From the NCBI GenBank assembly GCA_965216875.1, contig OZ244207.1, positions 5,472,001-5,536,000 on the forward strand: a stretch of 64,000 nt of DNA. Reading direction: 5' to 3'. Positions 49,854 to 59,720 of this stretch are shown piece after piece; position 1 is the stretch's first letter; every line of letters begins with the position of its first letter. This DNA comes from Rubripirellula sp. GTDB lineage: Bacteria > Planctomycetota > Planctomycetia > Pirellulales > Pirellulaceae. Made by a program: the position numbers and the translations under genes. Under the pieces are notes generated by a model. The model made no database searches. It saw only the letters and a list, made by a program, of their open reading frames with translations, and was not told the DNA's origin.

Positions 49854-52003
49854 GCGGGCGTCGCCGCCAAACCCTTTCGCCCTCGCTGTTTCCGTTCCTA
49901 GCCGTGCTCGTTTGTACGCTTGGAACGCTGATCCTGCTGTTGGCGTTGGTAGCACAAAACGCGACCGAGACGGCCGAACAGACGGCGCGTGCTCAGCAAG
50001 AAGCTGCCCAAGAGGAAGCGGCCAAGCTTGCTGCGCAACAAGAGGCTGACGATGAAGCGTCACCACAAATGACTGCCGAATCGGTTGCCCAGTTGATCGA
50101 GGAAGAAACGTTTCGTGCAACGGAGTTGGTCTCGTTCCGCGACAAGCAAACCGGCAAGGTCGAAGAACGTCGCGACCAACTCACTCATCTCGAAGACCAC
50201 ATCACGCGACTGCGTGAAGAACTGCGATTACTCGAAGAAGAAATCGAGCACGCCAATGATGACAGCGCTCACACCAACGTGATCGACATCAATGCGGTCG
50301 AGGACATCAAGGACAAGATCAAGGCGGAAGAGCTTGCGATTTCGAGACTGAAGGATTCAGCCAAAAACAAGACGCCGCGTATCGTCATCGTCCCTCACGA
50401 TGGACCCAACGGAACAAGCCGACGGCCGATCTACTTGGAATGCACGCGAGACGGTGTCACGATCTGGCCAGAAGGAAATCAAATCAGCCAACTGCAAATG
50501 TCGGACTCGTTTGCGGACGCCAATCCACTTGATGCTGCGCTGCGAGCGATTCGTTACCACGCGTTGCAGACCTATGGCGACAACGTACCACCCTACCCTC
50601 TTTTGGTCGTGCGACCTGATGGGATCGAGAGTTATTCGGCCGCACGAATTGCGATGCAAGACTGGGACGACCAGTTTGGCTATGAGCTGGTTCCCGCCGA
50701 AGTCAAACTAGCCTTTCCCAACCCAGATCCCAATCTGAAGAAGCGGATCGATGTTGTCGTTCGCCAGGCTGCTGCGAAACAACATGCTCGCCACGCAGTC
50801 GCTCGCCGCCAATCCGGGTCGTACGGTCGCAGCGGCAAGTTCCCGGTCCTGTCGGCATCCGAACTGCGACGGCAAGGACGCGCGGGCGGCTATCAGCCGC
50901 ATCGTGAGCAATTCCCATCTGGCTACGGTCAATCGCCCTACCAACCCAAGCCGCCCATTGCTTCGGAGAACAGCTATTCGTCGGGAGCAAGGGGCAACTC
51001 ACCGAGCTACGGCTCGGGGTCGCAGTACACGCAAGGTCACGACAATGGCCAGGCGCAAGCCGAAGCCGTTCGTCGACTGGACCAACACCTGCGTGATGCA
51101 GCCAAGGAACTGCGAGAAAACAACCACAAGACCGCTCTTAGTCAAATCGCTCCCGGCGCAATGAGCCAAGAAGAACTTGCCAATCTCATGGCAGGCACTG
51201 CGGCTTCGATGGCCAACAACAGTGCTGGTGGACTTGAAAAAACGAATGGCGGACAAGCCAACGCGACGCTGCAAAGTACCCCTTCGGCCGATGTCGTGCA
51301 GCACAATCCCTATGGACCACCGTCCGACGGGCCTTCGGGTGACACTGCCCCAACACTCGACGCGCCGGCAAATGCGAACAACGAAGGCAGTGTCCATGAT
51401 TCGGCCGAAAAGGAAGGTGGTCAATTCGCGACTGGCCAAGGACAAGTCTCTGGAGGCAGTGACGAGTTTGCCCCCTCGACGAATTCCCAACCAATGGCTG
51501 CCAATGCACAAGGCGGCCAAGCCGGTGGAGCTCAATCAAGCGGCTCGCCATCGACTGAAATGGCAGCACAGGGAACCGATCCCTCGGTGATGGAACAACA
51601 AGATCAAGCACCGTCGATCAACGTCACGCATTCGGATGATCTCGTCAAACGCCAAGGACGCAACTGGGCATTGCCGAAGTCGCTTGCTGGCGTCTACGGC
51701 AACAAGATCGTTCGCTCGATCCGCGTTCTCTGTTACGAAGATCGTTTCGTCTTGTTGCCGGCGCGAAGTGACGGTGCCACGGAGATGTTCGGATTCTCGG
51801 ATGGGCACGTCAATCGCGCGACCCTGGAACTCGCAACGGCGATTCGTGACCGCATCGCTCAATGGGGCGCTGCTTTGCCAGGCGGTCGTTGGCAACCTCT
51901 TCTCGAAGTCGAAGTGATGCCGCGCGGCGAAGCAAGATTCCACCAGCTAAGAACCTTGATGAATGGCAGTGGCGTTGAGATTCGCGAAAGGAAAACCCGA
52001 TGA
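49850..52003 (+). CDS. Single-TM coiled-coil protein, divergent ExbD/TolR-like
   Basis: ATGA overlap with the motA-like gene; RRR..SLFPFLAVLVCTLGTLILL TM; coiled coil; low-complexity middle region. Confidence 0.75.
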   Translation: MSGRRRQTLSPSLFPFLAVLVCTLGTLILLLALVAQNATETAEQTARAQQEAAQEEAAKLAAQQEADDEASPQMTAESVAQLIEEETFRATELVSFRDKQTGKVEERRDQLTHLEDHITRLREELRLLEEEIEHANDDSAHTNVIDINAVEDIKDKIKAEELAISRLKDSAKNKTPRIVIVPHDGPNGTSRRPIYLECTRDGVTIWPEGNQISQLQMSDSFADANPLDAALRAIRYHALQTYGDNVPPYPLLVVRPDGIESYSAARIAMQDWDDQFGYELVPAEVKLAFPNPDPNLKKRIDVVVRQAAAKQHARHAVARRQSGSYGRSGKFPVLSASELRRQGRAGGYQPHREQFPSGYGQSPYQPKPPIASENSYSSGARGNSPSYGSGSQYTQGHDNGQAQAEAVRRLDQHLRDAAKELRENNHKTALSQIAPGAMSQEELANLMAGTAASMANNSAGGLEKTNGGQANATLQSTPSADVVQHNPYGPPSDGPSGDTAPTLDAPANANNEGSVHDSAEKEGGQFATGQGQVSGGSDEFAPSTNSQPMAANAQGGQAGGAQSSGSPSTEMAAQGTDPSVMEQQDQAPSINVTHSDDLVKRQGRNWALPKSLAGVYGNKIVRSIRVLCYEDRFVLLPARSDGATEMFGFSDGHVNRATLELATAIRDRIAQWGAALPGGRWQPLLEVEVMPRGEARFHQLRTLMNGSGVEIRERKTR

Positions 52004-53034
52004 GCAGGCGAGCAAAACGGTCAGCCCTCGAGTTGGGTCACGATTCGTTCTTGGACATCGTTGCCAATTTGGTCGGCATCCTGATCATCCTGGTCGTCGT
52101 TCTGGGCATGCAATCGACCGCGGCTATCGAAGACATCAAGGAAACGGCGGACCCCGAAACGCCTCAAATCGCGATGGCGTCCGACGAGCAGATGTCGCAG
52201 CTCGCCCAGCAATCGTTGCGCGCGGCAGCAGCACAAGCCGACTCGGATCGCCTCGAACGCATGTCGCTGAAATACGATGCGATGATCGGCGCACGGTCGA
52301 AAGAGCGTGCTGGACTGATGGACCTGATCTCGGTCGCGAAAGAGGCCTGGGATCAGCAAAAGCAGATGCTTGACCAAAAAGCCACCGAGCAAGCCGAGCG
52401 AAAGGTCGACCTCGAGAAGTCGGAAGAGCAATTGGTCAAACTTCAAGGCGAACGTCATCGCTTAGAAAACCAACCCGAAGACGTCGTTGCCGTTGCCCAC
52501 CTTCCGACGCCGATGGCCAAAACGGTCTTTGGCGACGAAATCCACTTTCGACTCAAAGACAACCGGTTGTCGGTGGTGCCTGTCGAGCGTTTGCTCGAAG
52601 AAATCAAGCAAGAGTTTGGTCGTGTGATCAACGGCTCAAGCCAAGGACGCATGCAATCGGCGGTGGGGCCCATTCGCGGTTACGTCGCACGCTATGAAAT
52701 GAACAAGGCGCGTGAACTGGTGCAACAGAATGGTCGCGTCGGAATGGCAACACGCGTGCAATTGGTTGGGATGCAAGTCGAACCGCTTAACGAACCGCAC
52801 GGCCAGCCGATTCAGCAAGTCTTGAAGAACCGCAGCCAGCTCGACATCGAACTTGCAGGTCGCGATCCGGCAAAGACCACGATCACCGTCTGGGTCTATC
52901 CCGACAGTTTCGCGGCCTTCCGCCATCTCAAAGAGCACTTGTACAACAAGGGCTTCGCGACCGCGGCACGTCCTCTGCCAAAGGATCGCATGATCACGGC
53001 GAGTCCAAATGGATCGCGATCGCGATCACAGTAG
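52000..53034 (+). CDS. Single-TM coiled-coil protein with intramembrane Asp, ExbD/MotB-like
   Basis: ATGA overlap; DSFLDIVANLVGILIILVV; coiled coil; C-terminal ITVWVYPDSF. Confidence 0.78.
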   Translation: MSRRAKRSALELGHDSFLDIVANLVGILIILVVVLGMQSTAAIEDIKETADPETPQIAMASDEQMSQLAQQSLRAAAAQADSDRLERMSLKYDAMIGARSKERAGLMDLISVAKEAWDQQKQMLDQKATEQAERKVDLEKSEEQLVKLQGERHRLENQPEDVVAVAHLPTPMAKTVFGDEIHFRLKDNRLSVVPVERLLEEIKQEFGRVINGSSQGRMQSAVGPIRGYVARYEMNKARELVQQNGRVGMATRVQLVGMQVEPLNEPHGQPIQQVLKNRSQLDIELAGRDPAKTTITVWVYPDSFAAFRHLKEHLYNKGFATAARPLPKDRMITASPNGSRSRSQ

Positions 53035-53052
53035 CAAGAGCCAGCGAGCGGC

Positions 53053-53496
53053 TCACGGCATGGGGAATTCGTTGAGCTTGCGAATGTAGATTCCGGCAGC
53101 GCCATAGAAGGGTCCGAGTTCGCCGCTCCACTGCATCTCGATCGCCATGATGACGGCGGTTCCCGCGAGAACGATTTCAATCGCCAATCGGTCGGCGGTG
53201 ATTCGTTCGGTTGAGACCAAGCCAACCGATGTTGACGAGATATCGCGGGTCACCAAATCGAAAGCGTCACCGACCGGGCGGTCGTCATTGTCGATTTCGA
53301 CGGCGCGCACGGGCAACAACATCGGATGCCGATTCTCGCGACGTCGTTCATCACCCTTATAAAGGATCACATTGACGATCTGTCGGCGCGCAAAATCAAC
53401 CAGCTCCTGAGGCAGGTGGCTGAGGGTGCTCGGTTCGATTCGCTCCAATGCTGCGTGCATCTTCATAGAGATCCGTGTTCGACTTTGATGCTCCAA
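53053..53496 (-). CDS. Stand-alone PilZ-like domain protein
   Basis: RxxxR (ERRRENR) and a DxSxxG-like motif (TRDISSTSVG). Confidence 0.7.
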   Translation of the reverse strand: MEHQSRTRISMKMHAALERIEPSTLSHLPQELVDFARRQIVNVILYKGDERRRENRHPMLLPVRAVEIDNDDRPVGDAFDLVTRDISSTSVGLVSTERITADRLAIEIVLAGTAVIMAIEMQWSGELGPFYGAAGIYIRKLNEFPMP

Positions 53497-53685
53497 CGGA
53501 AATGTGCATCAAAGCGAGCGGAGTGAATCGACCACCTGATCGGAATCGTGGCTTTCCGAAGAGATATCGCAAACGCAGGAACGAACTTTTCCGGTTGCAA
53601 CGGTTGTGCAGAGAAAAGGTCCCTCACGCGAGACTCGCCGAACGGGCCGCGGCGACCGAGCCATCTCGCCAAAAACAGTGCTCGT

Positions 53686-54660
53686 TTAGCTTGCAAGCTG
53701 CTGCCGAGCCCATGCGGCAGCCCCCAAGACAGCGGCATCATCACCGAGCTTGGCGGGAACGACGTCAAACCGGTCACGGTAAACACTCATCACTCGTTGT
53801 CGCGCCGTGTCGCGAACAGTGCCGACGATCAAGTCTTCCATCGCCTCAACCAAACCGCCTCCGAGAACGATGGTATCCGGAGCGAGAATGTGCACGATGT
53901 TGACCACGGCCAGGCCTAACGCTTCGCCCGCTTGCACCACCAGTCGGCGAACCGATTCGTCGCCGTTTTTGATCGCGTCGGCCAATGCACCGCTGCGAAT
54001 CTCGGCGAGGTCGGTTCCACTGTTTTTGAACAGATAGGGTGCGTCACCGCGATGGGCCGCTTTGGCTGCTTCGGCCGCGATCGTCAGGCGACTCGATTCG
54101 GCTTCCACGGTCCCGGGAAGCGTATAGCCGCTGCTTCGCGTGCTGCTGCTGATCCGTGTGTGACCGACTTCCATACAACTGATGCCAGCACCTTGCAGGA
54201 TCTTGCCCTCATAGACACAACCGCCGCCCACGCCCGTGCCGGGAAAGATCCCGACCGCGCAACGTGATCCCTTGGCCGATCCAAACTCATACTCGCCAAA
54301 CACACCCGCGTCGACGTCGTTCAAAACAACAGCGGGGCAATCAAATCGCTTCTTCAGAAACTTGCCAATTTCGACGTCGTCCCAACCGAGGTTCGGGGTC
54401 GTCAAAATGCGACCACCATCCAGATCGATCGGGCCGGGGCATCCAATTCCAATTCCGGCGATCTCGGACTTGTCGATGTCGTTTTCGCCGAGAAGTCGAT
54501 CGATGGTCGAACCGATCCGCTGAATTCCCTGATCCGACCCTTCGCGTCCGCGCGTCTTGCGTCGGCGACGCCCAACGACGTTCCAGTCTTGGTCATAGGC
54601 AATGGTCAGCATCTTGGTGCCGCCAAGGTCGAAGCCGATCCAAAGTTTTCGGGAATTCAC
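53686..54660 (-). CDS. ROK family sugar kinase (glucokinase-like)
   Basis: GFDLGGTK, GIGCPG, LNDVDAG..GE, GTGVGGG, EVGH, LGDDAAVLGAA; start set at GTG 54660. Confidence 0.92.
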   Translation of the reverse strand: MNSRKLWIGFDLGGTKMLTIAYDQDWNVVGRRRRKTRGREGSDQGIQRIGSTIDRLLGENDIDKSEIAGIGIGCPGPIDLDGGRILTTPNLGWDDVEIGKFLKKRFDCPAVVLNDVDAGVFGEYEFGSAKGSRCAVGIFPGTGVGGGCVYEGKILQGAGISCMEVGHTRISSSTRSSGYTLPGTVEAESSRLTIAAEAAKAAHRGDAPYLFKNSGTDLAEIRSGALADAIKNGDESVRRLVVQAGEALGLAVVNIVHILAPDTIVLGGGLVEAMEDLIVGTVRDTARQRVMSVYRDRFDVVPAKLGDDAAVLGAAAWARQQLAS

Positions 54661-54971
54661 TCGATTGATCCACGTTGAAACTGATGTAGCCGAACGGGGG
54701 CTCGGATATCGTTTGTGGCAGATCGCCCGCAAATGGTTTCCGTACCCGATTCTTGATTGGTGCGAGCCAAAGCAGACCGCAAGCGTCTTGCCGATTCAAC
54801 CCCGCCCGAATTCGCGAGATCACCAAAGTTACCCGCCTCGGTGACCTGCCCCCAACACCACCCCCCAACCGGGCCGCAAACAAGCGCCTTCCCGGCCTTT
54901 CCCACAGAAAATCTGTCGTGCGACAAAATAAAGCACGTCAGCTGTGCATCTAGGAAATTGACACCTCGGAA

Positions 54972-55523
54972 ATGACCGAATCCCACGCCCCACCCGAATT
55001 TGATCCTGCTGATGGCGAAAGCCAATGGCGGCAGGTGTACTCGGAGTGCGAGTCAGGTTTGCGATCGTTTTTGAGGGGCCGGCTCGGTCAAGAAGGCGAC
55101 ATCGACGACTGCCTCCAAGTGGTCTACGTCAAGATGATCGAGCAGGCTCGCAAGCCGGACCATCAGGTCGCTGTGGTCGCCCGTCGTGCGTGGCTATTCC
55201 GCGTCGCCGCAAACGAGGCGGCGGGTCTGTGGCGCCGCAAGGCTTCGACTGACAAGATGATGCAGCGTCACGGTGAAAGCGAAGGGCTTCAACCCGACGC
55301 ATCCGAAAAACTGATCCTAACTGAAACAACCCTTCAACTTCGCCAAGCCGTCAAGGCTTTACCCGAAGCGTTACAAGAAATCGTTCACCTTCGCATCGAA
55401 CGCGAACTGACATTCCAAGAAATCGCCGACCAGCTCGGCATCCCACTCGGAACCGCTTTGACACGAATGCGACGCGCTCTCGAGCAGCTCAAGAACGAAA
55501 TCAATTCCGAAAACGAATCATGA
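54972..55523 (+). CDS. ECF sigma-70 factor
   Basis: Region 2 DDCLQVVY..AWLFRVAAN; region 4 LTFQEIADQLGIPLGTALTRMRRA. Confidence 0.93.
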   Translation: MTESHAPPEFDPADGESQWRQVYSECESGLRSFLRGRLGQEGDIDDCLQVVYVKMIEQARKPDHQVAVVARRAWLFRVAANEAAGLWRRKASTDKMMQRHGESEGLQPDASEKLILTETTLQLRQAVKALPEALQEIVHLRIERELTFQEIADQLGIPLGTALTRMRRALEQLKNEINSENES

Positions 55524-56086
55524 ACCCCGTCGACAAAGACGACCGCCATCCGATATCTGACGCCGAGCAAGAACAATGCATGCGGTATCTGCTCGGTGAA
55601 CTCACAGGCCAGGAAAGCGCTGACTTTGAAGCGGCCCTGGCTGACTCGCCCAACCTCAATCGGGAACTTCACGAACAAAGCGAACTTCTTTGTGCTCTCT
55701 CGGCCACCGAAGCTTCGCACCAAACCGTCACAGCAACGCACCGAACGAGTTTTGCATTGCGTTTGGCGACGGCTCTTTCTGCACTGGCCGCCTGTCTCAC
55801 GGTTGCATTTGTCGGACTGACAGGCGACCGCTCGGGCGGATCAACGAAACCCACCACAGCGACCACCACCACAGCTACGCCTCATACTACTGGTGAAGAG
55901 ACGCTGATGATTGCCCAAGCCTGGGTGGTGCAACACGCGCAGTATCAAGTCGACGAAGGCCTTGCGATCGACACCGACTTGACATCCGAAAGTGATGACG
56001 TGATCGACGACGACTCTTCGATCGCTTGGATGGCAGCTGCATTCGCCGAAGAATCGAACACCCTTGGGGCAACCAGTGATGGCTAG
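55520..56086 (+). CDS. Putative membrane anti-sigma factor
   Basis: ATGA overlap with the ECF gene; RYLLGEL...FE..L N-terminal helix pattern; one TM (ALAACL). Confidence 0.75.
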   Translation: MNPVDKDDRHPISDAEQEQCMRYLLGELTGQESADFEAALADSPNLNRELHEQSELLCALSATEASHQTVTATHRTSFALRLATALSALAACLTVAFVGLTGDRSGGSTKPTTATTTTATPHTTGEETLMIAQAWVVQHAQYQVDEGLAIDTDLTSESDDVIDDDSSIAWMAAAFAEESNTLGATSDG

Positions 56087-56795
56087 ACTCGTTCTGCTGA
56101 TCTGCGCAGCGCTGATTGCCGCTGGCACTCCCACCGATTCCAACGCAATCGAACCGACGTCCAAGTCGATCAAAGGGGTCGCCCAGCGAGCCAAAGAATC
56201 GCGTCCTGCCGCTAAGGTCAATCCTGAGCTTGAAGCGGCAGCCCACGCACTGGTTGCGTCACACCTTCCTGAACTGAAGGAGTACCTCGCGCGGCTGCGC
56301 AGCAAAGACGCCAAACAATACGAACGAGCCATCACGAGTCTTGGACGCTCAGCAAAGCGTTTGGAAACGACCAAGAATCGCGACCCTCGCTTGTTTGAAA
56401 TCGAAGTCGAAACGCTCAAGGCCCAAAACGCAGTCGACTTGCTGACGGCCAAGTTGAAAGTGCGTGACAAGAAAGAAGATCGCAACAAGCTCCGAGCCGC
56501 GGTCGAACACCTTCAGCACTGGCAAATCACACGCAACGAATACGACATCTCGGTGTTGCAAGCTCGCCTCGAGCGAACGCAAAAACAACTCGACGCTTCG
56601 AAACAGCGTCTTCAAAACAAACGCAGCAACTTGGAAGAGCAAGTTGAAAAGCACTACGTCGGAATGCTTCGCAAGGCTGGCCGTTCCGAACCCAGTCGAG
56701 CCAAAGCACAGGAAGCCAAATCTGACGCAAAACCTGCAGAGAAAAAGCGACCCGCCGAGCGCAGAACTCCGGCTCGCCCCAAGACCAATTCCTAA
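56079..56795 (+). CDS. Exported basic coiled-coil hypothetical protein
   Basis: Signal peptide; K/R/E/L-rich helical body; overlaps the anti-sigma stop. Confidence 0.75.
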   Translation: MARLVLLICAALIAAGTPTDSNAIEPTSKSIKGVAQRAKESRPAAKVNPELEAAAHALVASHLPELKEYLARLRSKDAKQYERAITSLGRSAKRLETTKNRDPRLFEIEVETLKAQNAVDLLTAKLKVRDKKEDRNKLRAAVEHLQHWQITRNEYDISVLQARLERTQKQLDASKQRLQNKRSNLEEQVEKHYVGMLRKAGRSEPSRAKAQEAKSDAKPAEKKRPAERRTPARPKTNS

Positions 56796-56852
56796 CACTT
56801 GTTGTTAGCGCCCCACATTCCCCCGCCTCAAGCACTCGTTTCGGTAGCCACA

Positions 56853-59672
56853 ATGATTCAACGGACCTATCGATCGGCGTTTCGTCTCGCCCTCCTGATC
56901 GCCATCGGCCTGCCCTTGGCCGCGTCATCTGTCGTTCTCGCCGAACCCAACAACGCGACGACCATCGCCACAGCTTCGGCCAAGACGGACTCAACACCGC
57001 TCAGCCAACGATTTGCAGATGCAAACGGCAAGGAAGTCCCCGACTTTCAAAAACACGTGGTTCCTTTGCTCGGTCGACTCGGTTGCAACGGACGTGCTTG
57101 TCACGGATCGTTCCAAGGTCGCGGCGGCTTTCAGCTTTCGTTGTTCGGCTATGACTTTAAAGGCGACTTCGAGGCATTGCACGAAGAACACACCGGACGC
57201 GTCGACACGTCCGACATCGACGAAAGCCTGATCCTGGCAAAGCCACTTGACGCCGACATGCACGAAGGCGGCAAGCGATTCGATCAAGGAAGTTGGCAAC
57301 ACCATGTGCTGCGTCGCTGGATCGAAAGTGGCGGTGACTTCGAGCAAGAAATGCAATCGCTCGTCAAACTCGAAGTCACACCGGCAGAGATTCAATTCAA
57401 GAGCGACAACGAAAACGTTCAACTCAAGGCGGTTGCGCATTGGGAAGATGGCACCGTCGAAGATGTGACCGAGCTGTGCCGTTTCAGCAGCAATGACGAT
57501 GCGATCGCAGCCATCGACGACACCGGTCACATCCAATCCGGCAGCACAGGTGACACTCATGTCGTCGTTTACTACGACAACGCGGTGGTTCCCGTACCGA
57601 TTCTTCGTCCTGTTGGATCACTCGAGTCGCTCAAGCCTCAGAAGTTTGATCATCCTGTCGATCACCTCGTTCAACAGAAGCTCGACAAACTCGGCATCGT
57701 CGCCTCCGGAACCTGTACCGACGCCGAATTCATTCGACGTGCATCGCTCGACATCACGGGCATCCTGCCATCGGGCGAGCGAGTGCGTGACTTCCTCGCG
57801 GACGAGTCACCCAACAAGCGGGAAAAACTGATTGACGAACTGCTCAACTCGCCAGGCTATTCGGCTTGGTGGGCAACGCGTTTTTCGGATTGGACCGGCA
57901 ACAGCGACGAACAGCTCAACAACGTCCTTCCGGTTCGCGGTGCCGCGACCCGCATGTGGCACGAATGGCTTCGCAAGCGGCTTGATGACAACATGCCCTA
58001 CGACGACATCATCGAAGGCATCGTCACTGCGAAAAGCCGCCAACCCGACGAAGACTATCTCGAATACTGCAAGTCGATGACCGAGGCGTGCAAGCCCGGC
58101 AGCGAGAGCATTTTTGCAGAGCGTGACGGCCTGCCCTTCTATTGGGCACGTCGCAACTTTGCCCAGCCCGAGGAACGTGCGATTGGATTTGCCTACGCCT
58201 TCCTTGGTGTTCGCATCGAATGTGCGCAGTGCCATAAGCACCCCTTCGACCAATGGTCGAAAGACGACTTTGAGCAATTTGCTCAACTCTTCACACCCAT
58301 TCGCATGAACCAAAACCTTGTCGAAGCGGATGCTCGGGATGCACGTGATCAGTTGATCAAGGAATTGACGGGCGACAAAAAGCTTCGGGGCGGTGACCTG
58401 CGACGCAAACTTCAAACCGCAGCTCGAGACGGCAAAGTGGTTCCGTTTGGCGAGCTAACGGTGACCGTTCGCGGCGTTTCTGCGGCCCAAAAGCGTGCGA
58501 TTGCGGCCGCCAAAAAGAAAGGCCGCAAGCCGCCGAAGTTCAAAGTACCGCAAGGCAAGATTTTGGGTGCCGATGAACCGATTGAACTCAATCGCGACCC
58601 TCGCAGCGACCTGATGGCTTGGCTTCGATCAGCCGAGAATCCTTACTTTGCAAAAGCGATTGTGAATCGCGTCTGGAGCAATTACTTCGGTGCTGGAATC
58701 GTTGATCCAACCGATGATATGAATCTGGCCAACCCGCCAAGTAACGCTCCGCTCATGGATCACCTGGCGACGGAGTTCATCAAGAATGACTTTGACCTGA
58801 AATGGTTGCATCGCACGATCGTGACCAGCGAGACGTATCAACGAAGTGCGGACACGAACGAGACGAACGCCCACGATCGCGTGAACTACTCGCATCACGT
58901 TCCGCGGCGTCTTCCAGCCGAAGTCGTCTATGACGCGATTGCCTTGGCAACTGGCTCGGACGATGTCGCCGAAAAGATGCGAGGCGAAGTCGACGAGATG
59001 GCGATCGCTGAAGGCAAACCTCGCGTCCGCAATCGTCAAGAATTCGCGTTGGAAGTCTTTGGACAATCGATTCGCGAAACCAATTGCGACTGTGATCGCA
59101 CAAGTGACCCAAGTCTCCTGCAGTCGATCTACTTGCGGAACGACTCGGAAATGCATGATCGCCTCACCGACAAGAACGGCTGGGTCGCCCAGGCATGCAA
59201 AGAGCTTGGTGTCCCGGGCCCTCGTCCAACCAAAGCCGATCCACAGCGTGTTGCCATGCAACGACGCGCCGAAGGCTATCGCAAGCAGATCGTCAATCGA
59301 ATTCGCCAGTTCCACAAATTGCCAGAGCAACGAAAGGAAAAGGCTCGGCTTGGACTCAAGAAAGAATACAAGCGTGCAACGCAGAAGTTCGCGGAGTTTG
59401 GATTTGCGATTCCAGACTTTGACACATTGATTGACGACATCGGCTCGTGGAAAACGGTCGAACCAGCACAAGCAGCTGAAGGAACGACCGATTCCAAGAC
59501 CGTTCATGCGCTGGTCGAAGAGGCCTATCTGCGAACGCTCAGTCGTTATCCCGATAACAAGGAAACTGAGATTTCAGTCGCCTTCATCGAAGAATCCGAA
59601 TCGCCTGCCGAGGGCGTTCAATCTCTGCTTTGGGCATTGGTGAACACGAAAGAGTTCATCATCACCCACTAA
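56853..59672 (+). CDS. DUF1549/DUF1553 (PSCyt2/PSD1) protein with Ig-like domain
   Basis: GCNGRACHG, FIRRASLDITG.LP, FLGVRIECAQCHKHPF, NPYFAKAIVNRVW, WALVNTKEF. Confidence 0.92.
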   Translation: MIQRTYRSAFRLALLIAIGLPLAASSVVLAEPNNATTIATASAKTDSTPLSQRFADANGKEVPDFQKHVVPLLGRLGCNGRACHGSFQGRGGFQLSLFGYDFKGDFEALHEEHTGRVDTSDIDESLILAKPLDADMHEGGKRFDQGSWQHHVLRRWIESGGDFEQEMQSLVKLEVTPAEIQFKSDNENVQLKAVAHWEDGTVEDVTELCRFSSNDDAIAAIDDTGHIQSGSTGDTHVVVYYDNAVVPVPILRPVGSLESLKPQKFDHPVDHLVQQKLDKLGIVASGTCTDAEFIRRASLDITGILPSGERVRDFLADESPNKREKLIDELLNSPGYSAWWATRFSDWTGNSDEQLNNVLPVRGAATRMWHEWLRKRLDDNMPYDDIIEGIVTAKSRQPDEDYLEYCKSMTEACKPGSESIFAERDGLPFYWARRNFAQPEERAIGFAYAFLGVRIECAQCHKHPFDQWSKDDFEQFAQLFTPIRMNQNLVEADARDARDQLIKELTGDKKLRGGDLRRKLQTAARDGKVVPFGELTVTVRGVSAAQKRAIAAAKKKGRKPPKFKVPQGKILGADEPIELNRDPRSDLMAWLRSAENPYFAKAIVNRVWSNYFGAGIVDPTDDMNLANPPSNAPLMDHLATEFIKNDFDLKWLHRTIVTSETYQRSADTNETNAHDRVNYSHHVPRRLPAEVVYDAIALATGSDDVAEKMRGEVDEMAIAEGKPRVRNRQEFALEVFGQSIRETNCDCDRTSDPSLLQSIYLRNDSEMHDRLTDKNGWVAQACKELGVPGPRPTKADPQRVAMQRRAEGYRKQIVNRIRQFHKLPEQRKEKARLGLKKEYKRATQKFAEFGFAIPDFDTLIDDIGSWKTVEPAQAAEGTTDSKTVHALVEEAYLRTLSRYPDNKETEISVAFIEESESPAEGVQSLLWALVNTKEFIITH

Positions 59673-59720
59673 CCACCCCACTTTCTTCGCCCCAACCCTA
59701 CATTCACTTCCAAGACCTTC

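Noticed and set aside
48255..53034. Calling the motor operon Zorya, motAB or tolQR
   Set aside because: No OmpA-like peptidoglycan-binding domain in either B subunit, and no zorC/D/E, tolA/B/pal or tonB nearby
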